Source of the DNA: Oscillospiraceae bacterium
GTDB taxonomy: Bacteria; Bacillota; Clostridia; UMGS1883
Direction: 5' to 3'
Assembly: GCA_022508735.1 (NCBI GenBank)
Contig: JAFLUQ010000002.1
Coordinates: forward strand, 2,045 to 34,044
Length of the DNA: 32,000 nt
Shown here: positions 1-7,726 of the stretch, piece by piece
Layout: each line of letters opens with the position of its first letter
How positions within the stretch are numbered: the stretch's first letter is position 1
Position numbers and translations under genes: made by a program
The notes under the pieces: generated by a model
Told to the model about the DNA's origin: nothing
Databases searched by the model: none
Seen by the model: the letters and a program-made list of their open reading frames with translations, nothing else

Positions 1-3000
1 ATTGGGGAGAAGGCATTTTCTAATTGCACCAGGCTCAACAATGTGAATATCGGCAATAGTGTCAAAAACATTGGCAATTATGCGTTTTATAACTGCCGCA
101 GCCTCACAAACGTGATAATCCCCGACAGTGTCACGAGCATTGGCAATAATGCGTTTTCTGACTGCCGCAGCCTCACAAACGTGACAATCCCCGATGGAGT
201 CACAAACATTGGTGGTGGCACATTTGATGAATGCACAAGTCTCACTAGAGTGACAATTCCCGACAGTGTCACAAACATTGACCGTTATGCGTTTGCGGGC
301 TGTACTGGCCTTACCAGTGTGGGAATAGGCAACAGCGTGAAAAGTATTGGATATAGAGCGTTTGACAAATGCAACAAACTCACTGATGTTTACTACAGCG
401 GCACAGAGGCGCAGTGGAACAACATTTCTATCGGCGATTATAATGACTATCTCCTTAACGCCACGATTCACTATAATAGCACAGCCTTTAGTGAAGTTGT
501 TAATAATGTCACAATAAATGGTCGCGGAACTGCTTATGGTTGGTTTAGGACGTTAGATAAAAATGGAAATACTGTAGCAAATAAAAATATTACATACTAT
601 ATTGATGGAGCGGGACCATATACTGGTAAAACAGACAATGATGGTTACATATGTGTTGAGATAAATAATGTTACAAATAGTAAAAGCTATACAGTCCATA
701 TATCTGGAGACGGATTGCAGGAAATAGAGAGAAATTTGAACGTCACAGTTAAGCCTATTGAATTTTCTTCTACGTATGAAGCGACAACAAAGCTTGGTGC
801 AAGTGTTGGTATAGGTATTGGGGTAGGAGGAAGCATAGGAAATCTAGAAGCCGAAGCAGAAGTTGCAAAAATAGGGGCAGATGGCTCAAATAAAAAGGGT
901 TTGTCGATAACTCAGGAATACAAAGGTAATAAAAATAAACTATCTATTACCGCTAGGGAAAATTCAGCAGTGGCAATATCTGCAAAGGCTGGTTTGTTTG
1001 CAGGGGCGAAAGCCACGGGCTTAGCCGGAGTTGAGGCAAGCGTGGGCGATGTTAGCGGCAAGGCCTCTTTAGGAACTACTGTTGGGGTCACATATGAGGA
1101 TGATGATTTTAATATAAATGATACCGATGATGTATGGAATTTATCTAAGTTTATGCTTAGTGTGTTTTTGGATAATATGAATTCAAATGCAGCATCGCGC
1201 TACGTCGTAAATAAACTTATAAATGCCCCGGTATCTTCATATAGTCGAGGTAATACGGCTTCGCTGAGCGCCGGTGCAAATCTTGGTATAATTGAGGCCG
1301 ATGTTGTAGGTGTAAAAACATCAGCTACGTTAGGTGGAATAGATGCGTCATCAGTTTTCAGCTACTCTGCTGAACGTAAAAATGATAATTCTGTAAAATA
1401 TAAAAGTAGCATTACTACCGATGCCGGATATAAACTCTTGGATATTTCAGTGGGAGGGAAAGTAAGTGATGACTACAAAGCATCGACAGGAACTTCTGCA
1501 TTTGGCGGTAGCTTTATAAATAATGCTCTTGAGCTGCAAGCAAAAAATGACGGGAGCGGCAAGTTGAGTGAATTAGCCTTAATAAGCAAAAAAAATGATG
1601 AAAGCAATATTTTCTGGACACACAAGACAAGAACCGATAAATATAAAATAAGCTTTAAAGATAATGCCGCTAATACAGTGGCAGATAAATACAGTAAACT
1701 ATGTGACTTCTCAAATGGTAACAAAGGCTTTTTTGGAGTCAATGAAATGAATATGGCCGTCAATACAATTATTAATTCCAATGAGCAAGGTTTATACTCC
1801 ACCACACATGAGTATGAGCAGGGGTTAGACTTTGATATTTCTGCAAGTATACAGCTTCTTGCAAAAATTGGAGGCAGTGTTGGATTATCGGGAATTGAAG
1901 GCTATGAGTATGAAAGTGAGAGTGGATTTTTTAATAATAATACAATATATTTACAGTCGCAGTCCGATATAGAGCGTGAAGTTAACAATAGGTTTATCAG
2001 TGTCGGAGATATAATAAATTCTACAAAAAAAGAAATGGCAGATTTCCTGTCATCCTGTTGGGACAGCGCTATAGGCTGGATTGGTGATGCTACAGATAGT
2101 ATGGTAAAAGCAAGCCAGGCTGCTGTTGGCTGGGTGGGAAATCAGTCAAGTAATGTTAAGAATTGGTTTATAGATATAACACACCCGACAGACAGAGTTG
2201 AATCAATGTCAATTCTTGCAATAGATGATGAAGTCTCGCTCTTCTCAACCTCGTCTATTGCAACAACTGTTGGCAATCCGTATATTATAAGCGTAACTGA
2301 CGAGAGTGGCACAGAAGTCACAGACTTTACCGAGAACCCGCTGTTATTGATGCTGGAATATACACAGGCGCAGCTCAATGCTGCAGGCATTTCAGATATA
2401 AAAGATATTGCAGTATATTATTGGGACGAAGATAGATGCGTATATGTTTATATGGGCGGCGAACTTGACAGAGCCAATATGCGTATTGAGACCGAAATCA
2501 TCAAACCTGGTCAGTATATCTTGGCCGCCGATAACTGCCCTCCAGCTGTTACGGAATTTAAGACCTCTGATAATGGGAGTATGCCAAATATATCTGCTGT
2601 TGTGAGTGACTTGAGTGGAATCGTTGATTTTAACTTTATGATTGACGGCGAGACAGTTGTAAATATGGACAATCTTAAGGATTATTATGATTTTACCACT
2701 GCGGAGTTTATTTATCCGATAACCAACAAGCTTGCTGAAGGCGCGCATACGGCGGAAATATACGCTGCTGATTCAGCCGGAAATGAACTTAATCCTCCGG
2801 CAATGCTGAGATTTACTATTAATAATAAAGCGCCGTCTATAGATGGAGTTTCTGAGCTACCGAATACTATTTCAGGATCAATAGAAATGAGCGCACAGGT
2901 ATCCGGTGATGATATTTCTTCTGTCTTGTTGAATATACGTGAGGAAGACGCGCTTGGAAATAGCACTTATACGTCGTATGTAATGACTAAGCAGGATGGA

Positions 3001-3390
3001 GAGTACTCCGCTACTGTTGAGAATATCACATCCGGAAAAATAATATCTGTATGGGTGAGCGCGTATAATACTGATGGCAATAGCGAAGAAAGTAAACATC
3101 AACGCATAATATCCGCACCGGCGGATGGCTCCGCAATGCTTGTTGTTACGTCTGCCAAAGACAATTGTGTAGAAGTTAAACCTGTAAACTATGCAATGGA
3201 AAATGGCGGCAAAGTTATTCTCGCGGTATACGATTCTGATGGAGAACTAATACAAGCACTTACAAAAAATGTTTCAGACACAGTTATATTTGAAAATGTA
3301 GATATAAACGGTTATAAAATCAAAGTAATGTTATGGAACAGCGTAAACGAAATGTCGCCATTGTCAAATTATACAGAGCTTGATCTGTAA
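1..3390 (+). CDS. Large cell-surface/secreted protein with N-terminal BspA-type leucine-rich repeats; 5' end lies upstream of the window
   Basis: Frame 1 is open from nt 1 (IGEKAFSNCTRLNNV...). The first ~130 aa are ~23-aa units of the form IGxxAFxxCxxLTxVxIPxSVTxI, as in the LRR_5/BspA type. A long Gly/Ser/Asn-rich middle and Ig-like-looking C-terminal modules follow. A hairpin terminator lies downstream. Confidence 0.8.
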   Translation: MGEKAFSNCTRLNNVNIGNSVKNIGNYAFYNCRSLTNVIIPDSVTSIGNNAFSDCRSLTNVTIPDGVTNIGGGTFDECTSLTRVTIPDSVTNIDRYAFAGCTGLTSVGIGNSVKSIGYRAFDKCNKLTDVYYSGTEAQWNNISIGDYNDYLLNATIHYNSTAFSEVVNNVTINGRGTAYGWFRTLDKNGNTVANKNITYYIDGAGPYTGKTDNDGYICVEINNVTNSKSYTVHISGDGLQEIERNLNVTVKPIEFSSTYEATTKLGASVGIGIGVGGSIGNLEAEAEVAKIGADGSNKKGLSITQEYKGNKNKLSITARENSAVAISAKAGLFAGAKATGLAGVEASVGDVSGKASLGTTVGVTYEDDDFNINDTDDVWNLSKFMLSVFLDNMNSNAASRYVVNKLINAPVSSYSRGNTASLSAGANLGIIEADVVGVKTSATLGGIDASSVFSYSAERKNDNSVKYKSSITTDAGYKLLDISVGGKVSDDYKASTGTSAFGGSFINNALELQAKNDGSGKLSELALISKKNDESNIFWTHKTRTDKYKISFKDNAANTVADKYSKLCDFSNGNKGFFGVNEMNMAVNTIINSNEQGLYSTTHEYEQGLDFDISASIQLLAKIGGSVGLSGIEGYEYESESGFFNNNTIYLQSQSDIEREVNNRFISVGDIINSTKKEMADFLSSCWDSAIGWIGDATDSMVKASQAAVGWVGNQSSNVKNWFIDITHPTDRVESMSILAIDDEVSLFSTSSIATTVGNPYIISVTDESGTEVTDFTENPLLLMLEYTQAQLNAAGISDIKDIAVYYWDEDRCVYVYMGGELDRANMRIETEIIKPGQYILAADNCPPAVTEFKTSDNGSMPNISAVVSDLSGIVDFNFMIDGETVVNMDNLKDYYDFTTAEFIYPITNKLAEGAHTAEIYAADSAGNELNPPAMLRFTINNKAPSIDGVSELPNTISGSIEMSAQVSGDDISSVLLNIREEDALGNSTYTSYVMTKQDGEYSATVENITSGKIISVWVSAYNTDGNSEESKHQRIISAPADGSAMLVVTSAKDNCVEVKPVNYAMENGGKVILAVYDSDGELIQALTKNVSDTVIFENVDINGYKIKVMLWNSVNEMSPLSNYTELDL

Positions 3391-3410
3391 AAAGTGATTC
3401 ATATATAGCA

Positions 3411-3446
3411 AGGGCTATGGAACCTGTTTCCATAGCCCTTTTTATA
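3411..3446 (+). terminator. Rho-independent terminator of the LRR protein gene
   Basis: AGGGCTATGGAA (3411-3422), loop cctgt, TTCCATAGCCCT (3428-3439), followed by TTTTTAT. Confidence 0.8.
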
Positions 3447-3882
3447 AAAAAATTCACATGATGAGTTGATAACTATAAACATATAAAACTAAGACAAAAG
3501 TAAGTTTCGGTATGACTGAGGGCTGAACAGCGTTGGTAATTCCTGTGATGGAGCATTATATAGGAGACAAGCGTACAAAATGACTATATTTGACATTAGT
3601 CTGTCTGAGACGGATGCCTTTTTGATAGCATTATAATAGAGGGAATATTTACGCTTTACATTTCCAGAACTCTTGCGGAGCAAATGGATGGAACTATCGC
3701 CGCACAGTATATTGATCCATTTAAAGGAGAGAAGAAAGGTAAATAAAACGGACAACCATCGGTAGATGGCCGCCCGTGATAGTAATGCTATATCATATCT
3801 TCAATACCGCCTTTTAGGCGGTGAGCATATGCTGCCACTTCCATAGGATGCTCAAACCGCCTGTTCACTGGTGGTTATGATT

Positions 3883-4380
3883 TTAATAATACTTCTTACA
3901 ATCCTTCAAATCCGTGACGGTGCGAAGCGCTTCACCAAATCTCTGGAAATGCACGACCTCTCTCTCGCGAAGGAACCGGATGGCATCTATAACGTCCGGG
4001 TCGTCGGCAAGGCGGAGGATATTGTCGTAGGTAGCTCTGGCCTTCTGTTCGGCAGCCATGTCCTCGGTCAGGTCGGCAATTACGTCGCCCATAGACTGAA
4101 TTGTGGCGGCGCTCCATGGAACGCCTGCCGCATTGACGGGATAGACGCCTGTGCCGTGATCAACATAGTAGTCGGCAAAGCCGCCCTTCTTGATCTCCTC
4201 TTCAGAGAGTCCCTTTGTGAGCTGATGCACGATGGTGCCGACCATTTCAAGGTGGCCCAGCTCCTCGGTGCCTATATCGTTCAGTATGCTCTTTGTGACC
4301 TCAGTGGGCATGGCAAAGCGCTGGCTGAGATAGCGCAGGCTTGCGCCAAGCTCGCCATTTGGGCCTCCGTACGGCAACTG
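3883..4380 (-). CDS. cotJC: CotJC-like manganese-catalase-family spore coat protein, 5'-truncated (3' portion of a gene split by prophage insertion)
   Basis: The translation (Q)LPYGGPNGELGASLRYLSQRF...DIGTEELGHLEMVGT...AAGVPW...IADLTEDMAAEQKARATY...DDPDVIDAIRFLREREVVHFQRF is collinear with CotJC/Mn-catalase motifs. It begins at the equivalent of about residue 27 of full-length CotJC (after ...LIEQ). An in-frame TAG sits at 4381-4383 directly upstream, and only a TTG at 4375-4377 is available as a start. Confidence 0.8.
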   Translation of the reverse strand, partial: QLPYGGPNGELGASLRYLSQRFAMPTEVTKSILNDIGTEELGHLEMVGTIVHQLTKGLSEEEIKKGGFADYYVDHGTGVYPVNAAGVPWSAATIQSMGDVIADLTEDMAAEQKARATYDNILRLADDPDVIDAIRFLREREVVHFQRFGEALRTVTDLKDCKKYY

Positions 4381-4395
4381 CTAAATAGGTGGTTA
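4375..4395. other. Prophage/host junction (attL or attR) inside cotJC
   Basis: cotJC homology ends at about 4380. The recombinase stop codon (complement TTA) is at 4393-4395, so the crossover must lie in this ~15-20 bp interval. Confidence 0.6.
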
Positions 4396-5853
4396 AATAA
4401 AAAGATTTACCGCGATTTCATCACGTTTTTTAACTATGTTTGAGACAACTGTGCGGACGGCGGTGTTCTTTTCAACGTTACTTTTATCCGGATCCTTTAC
4501 GATGGAAAGGACATCGGCAATCTTCAGGCGTAGTTCAGCGTCACGGTCCTCAAGGTTGGGGCTTGGAGCGGGCTTAATCTGTTCCTTTATGCTTTCAATC
4601 TCGGCGGTCAGTTTGGCCTTGTTGGTGCTGTACTCCTCAAGAGTATCTATACCGGCTTCATATGCCTCACGGACACGGCGCAGGCGTTGCTCAGCGTTAT
4701 ACAGCATTGCAGCGTACATATCTGCATCGGACTTTTCGGGTAATTCTGTTTTTTTATATGCCACTGATACGCCATCGGTCGCACCGTTAGAGAAGTTTTC
4801 AAGTGCGGAAATAACATATTGACTGATTTTTTTGGCATTTATGCTTCCATTACCGGGACATGTGCCCTTGTTTTTATTATTGCAGTAATAATTCCCCGCG
4901 CAGTTCACAACTATACCGCCACACTCGTCGCAGTGAATCAGCCCAACGAGCCAGTGACTTATGCTGTCTCGTGGTTTTATATACTTGCGGTACTGGATCT
5001 TTATTGCCTTAAGCTTCTCCTGAGCCTGATCCCACAGTTCGACGCCTATAAGCGGCTCATGGGTACCGTCCACGATCATGCTGTCAGGATTGCTGTAGTT
5101 ACGTGAAGTCGACCCAGTGGGCGTCCAACGTATTTTCCCGATATACACAGGATTATTGAGCCAGTATTCCACGGTTCGGTTCTCTATTTTGCTTCCTCGG
5201 TGGGTGCGCACACCCAAAGCGTTCAACTCTTTGGCTATACCGACCATGCCTTTACCGCCGACAAACTTTTCAAAGGCCGCGCGGACGACGGCAGCTTCCT
5301 CCGGCACGATCTCAAGCTGCTTGTTTTTCATTGTATACCCGAAAGGGGGAATAGAGAGCGGTTCTCCACGGCGGGCCTTTTCGGTCATGCCGCGCTTGAC
5401 CTCTTCGGCAAGGTTTATGCTATAGTATTCGTCCATGGCCTCGATAAGGGCCTCTATCAGTATGGACATCTTATCATCGCCCAAAGACTCGCTGACGGAT
5501 AGCACCTCAATTCCAAGCTGTTTACGGAGCATAGATTTATATACAATGCTATCCTCACGGTTACGTGCGAAGCGGCTGAACTTCCATAATATGATGGCGT
5601 CAAAGGGCTTGGGCTTACTTTTTGCGAGACCTATCATCTGCATGAATGCCGGCCGCTTCTCAGCCTTGCGGCCGGAGATACCTTCGTCCATAAATATGTA
5701 GTCGCCGGGAATAACAAAGTTGTTCCGTTTGGCGTAGTCGCGTATCACTTTGAGCTGGCTTTCGGGGCTATATTCAACCTGATCATCGGTGGACACGCGG
5801 ATATAAGCCGCTGCGATACGCACAGAGGATCCTCCACTTGAATTTTTAGGCAT
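4393..5853 (-). CDS. Large serine recombinase (phage integrase)
   Basis: N-terminal resolvase catalytic domain (AAYIRVSTDDQ...SPESQ...FSRFARN), a recombinase domain, a Cys-rich zinc ribbon (CDECGG...CAGNYYCNNKNKGTCPG) and a C-terminal coiled coil. ATG at 5853 lies 10 nt after AAAGGAG. The upstream GTG at 5862 in the ORF track is too close to the SD. Confidence 0.92.
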   Translation of the reverse strand: MPKNSSGGSSVRIAAAYIRVSTDDQVEYSPESQLKVIRDYAKRNNFVIPGDYIFMDEGISGRKAEKRPAFMQMIGLAKSKPKPFDAIILWKFSRFARNREDSIVYKSMLRKQLGIEVLSVSESLGDDKMSILIEALIEAMDEYYSINLAEEVKRGMTEKARRGEPLSIPPFGYTMKNKQLEIVPEEAAVVRAAFEKFVGGKGMVGIAKELNALGVRTHRGSKIENRTVEYWLNNPVYIGKIRWTPTGSTSRNYSNPDSMIVDGTHEPLIGVELWDQAQEKLKAIKIQYRKYIKPRDSISHWLVGLIHCDECGGIVVNCAGNYYCNNKNKGTCPGNGSINAKKISQYVISALENFSNGATDGVSVAYKKTELPEKSDADMYAAMLYNAEQRLRRVREAYEAGIDTLEEYSTNKAKLTAEIESIKEQIKPAPSPNLEDRDAELRLKIADVLSIVKDPDKSNVEKNTAVRTVVSNIVKKRDEIAVNLFI

Positions 5854-5882
5854 AAAAAACACACTCCTTTGTTAAAATTTTA

Positions 5883-5912
5883 TTGACAATTGGGGAGTGT
5901 ATGTGATACAAT
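5883..5912 (+). promoter_or_regulatory. Near-consensus sigma-A-type promoter pointing away from the recombinase gene
   Basis: TTGACA (5883-5888), 18-nt spacer, TGa-TACAAT (5904-5912, extended -10). Confidence 0.55.
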
Positions 5913-5918
5913 TTTATT

Positions 5919-5990
5919 GAAGTGTGGGTTTGTATTCATATACACTCCTGCTCAACGGCTTCGGTGTTGGCGCACCGGGGCCGCTTTTTT
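5919..5990 (+). ncRNA. Candidate ~70-nt small RNA (promoter-to-terminator unit) carrying an anti-Shine-Dalgarno-like sequence
   Basis: It lies between the 5883-5912 promoter and the 5957-5990 terminator. No SD-preceded ORF is present. It contains UCAUAUACACUCC (5936-5948), which is complementary to the recombinase SD region. Confidence 0.35.
5957..5990 (+). terminator. Rho-independent terminator (plus-strand orientation)
   Basis: GGCTTCGGTG (5957-5966), loop TTGGCG, CACCGGGGCC (5973-5982) gives a 10-bp stem with two G-U pairs. GC and TTTTTTATTTATTT follow. There is no U-tract in the minus orientation. Confidence 0.65.
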
Positions 5991-6019
5991 ATTTATTTAA
6001 AACAAGCTTGCACAATTCA

Positions 6020-6976
6020 TTAGTTGTTTCTACACATATGCAGAGAATACGAGCCACCCTTCTTCTCCCGAGATATAATATTTTCTTTTTCTAATTCTCT
6101 TAATAGTTTCTGAATATCTGATTTTAATTGAGGGTGAAAATATGAATATATATTTTTTTGTAAAATTCCATCGTTACCATCGATAGTTTTCACTAAATCA
6201 TTTTTTAATGTTCTCTTTTGACGATACAATTCAACATAACTTTCATAATTATTCGTCAAATCATTTTTCAGTTTTTCAACATCATCTATATAGCTACGAG
6301 GCGTACTGTTACTGCTATCACTGAACATCCACATATCCTCAAAATAAAAGGTTCCGCCTTTAGTTCCGCTGCAAAATTTCCTGAATCTGTAAAAGACATC
6401 TATAGCTTTATCGCATAACCGTATATGCTCATCTACATCAAAACCAGGATATGCGACAGCTTCTGAAGATAAATTATAAATGTTGTTCTCATATATCGAA
6501 ATTTTTTCGGAATTTCGCTGACTGAACTGAAAACTTAATTCTCCGTCTCTATAAGAGCGGTGAGGCGTAGACGAATGTTCTTCAATAGCTTTTCGTTTGC
6601 CTAATTCTATTAAATATGGGACTTCTTCGTCAGAAATGGGTTTGCCATCGGCCCGAAAAATTATATTTTTGCCGTGTATGTATATGTCAGAGAAAGTGTC
6701 TTTTTCTGTTTCTTCTACTGTATCAGTGTCATTTGATGTAATATCATTTTTTTCTTCAGAAATAAGTTTATTTTTCCTCAATAACAAATATGATGGCACT
6801 CCAAATAGAGAGCATACAAAAATGAGTATAAGTCCAGAGAGTATTATTTCTGATAAAGAAGCGTTGAAGGAAATAAGCCTATTGATCGTGCCAATGCTTA
6901 AGAAAATTCCCACAACACACATAATCAGAAAACATATGCCTATTATAGTTCGTATTATTTTTATTGTTTTTTTCAT
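6020..6976 (-). CDS. Orphan membrane protein: two N-terminal TM helices, acidic linker, ~230-aa soluble region ending in a winged-helix-like segment
   Basis: 318-aa ORF, visibly much more AT-rich than flanking phage DNA. TM segments IIRTIIGICFLIMCVVGIFLSI and IILSGLILIFVCSLFGVPSYLLL. C-terminus ...LQKNIYSYFHPQLKSDIQKLLRELEKENIISREKKGGSYSLH resembles a wHTH. It starts 14 nt downstream of the preceding repressor gene, so it is probably in the same operon. Confidence 0.75.
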   Translation of the reverse strand: MKKTIKIIRTIIGICFLIMCVVGIFLSIGTINRLISFNASLSEIILSGLILIFVCSLFGVPSYLLLRKNKLISEEKNDITSNDTDTVEETEKDTFSDIYIHGKNIIFRADGKPISDEEVPYLIELGKRKAIEEHSSTPHRSYRDGELSFQFSQRNSEKISIYENNIYNLSSEAVAYPGFDVDEHIRLCDKAIDVFYRFRKFCSGTKGGTFYFEDMWMFSDSSNSTPRSYIDDVEKLKNDLTNNYESYVELYRQKRTLKNDLVKTIDGNDGILQKNIYSYFHPQLKSDIQKLLRELEKENIISREKKGGSYSLHMCRNN

Positions 6977-6990
6977 ATTCGCACACTTTC

Positions 6991-7641
6991 TTATACAACG
7001 TCACTCTGGAAGGCTACAGCCTTACCGAGGATATGAATATGGTCAAGCTGCTCGTCCCTATATACAAGCGGGGGATATTTGGTGTTTTCTGCCACAAGAG
7101 TCAACTGTTGCTGTTCCTTATCGTAGTATACACGCTTCAACGTGGCTACGTCATCAATTACGACAGCGGCAATTTCGCCATCAACTACTATAGGTTGTTG
7201 GCGTATAAAAGCTATATCACCGTCCATGATTCTTGCATTTATCATGCTGTCACCCTTGGCTCTTAGGCAAAAGTCCGCTCGGATATCCGCGCCAGCTTCA
7301 ACATAGCTTTCCCTGTCCTCATTGGTAAATATAGGTTCTCCACAGGCAATTTCCCCGAGAAGAGGAAATTTTTTTGTTTCTATAGGAAAGATATTGTCAT
7401 ATTTGAATACAGAAGTTTCGCTTTTGGTAGACTTGGGATTTTGCTCGTCACTTCGACCAGTAAGGTAATCTAAAGATACATTAAACAAATCTGCTAACAT
7501 TTGCTGCTTCTGATAATCCGGTTTTGCATGGCCGCGCTCCCATTGACTGATAGTGCTGGAATCTACAAATAGTTTCTTTGCAATATCTTTCTGCTGAAGA
7601 TTATTAGCTTTACGAAGAGTCTTTAATCTTTCTGCAAACAT
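6991..7641 (-). CDS. XRE-family HTH + S24 peptidase (LexA/CI-like) repressor, copy 2
   Basis: HTH LQQKDIAKKLFVDSSTISQWERG. S24 Ser/Lys motifs are AKGDSM and ATLKRV, with a possible UmuD-type Cys-Gly cleavage site (IACGEP). ATG at 7641 follows AAAGAGGTG; the track start at 7674 lacks an SD. Confidence 0.88.
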   Translation of the reverse strand: MFAERLKTLRKANNLQQKDIAKKLFVDSSTISQWERGHAKPDYQKQQMLADLFNVSLDYLTGRSDEQNPKSTKSETSVFKYDNIFPIETKKFPLLGEIACGEPIFTNEDRESYVEAGADIRADFCLRAKGDSMINARIMDGDIAFIRQQPIVVDGEIAAVVIDDVATLKRVYYDKEQQQLTLVAENTKYPPLVYRDEQLDHIHILGKAVAFQSDVV

Positions 7642-7726
7642 ATGTATCACCTCTTTGTGTTGAAAATAATTCATCTAAAATATAAGTTGTCATTCGTGTA
7701 TACTCCTCTCCAAATATGCTTTGTAC

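Noticed and set aside
3609-3746. Possible relic of a histidine-kinase C-terminus (…EGIFTLYISRTLAEQMDGTIAAQYIDPFKGEKKGK*) in the host intergenic region
   Set aside because: Only ~45 codons are open, preceded by a TGA. There is no start, and the G2-box glycines are not intact. The resemblance is suggestive but too short to support a pseudogene call without a database search.
3871-4443. 190-aa plus-strand ORF
   Set aside because: Antisense to the cotJC fragment, whose translation carries unmistakable Mn-catalase/CotJC motifs.
5870-5960. Sporulation-sigma (sigma-E/K type) promoter for the recombinase: CATACA-like sequence on the minus strand around 5897-5902
   Set aside because: The hexamer lies within the repeated ACACTCC box, and I could not find a convincing matching -35 element. 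This is too weak to call and needs experimental TSS mapping.
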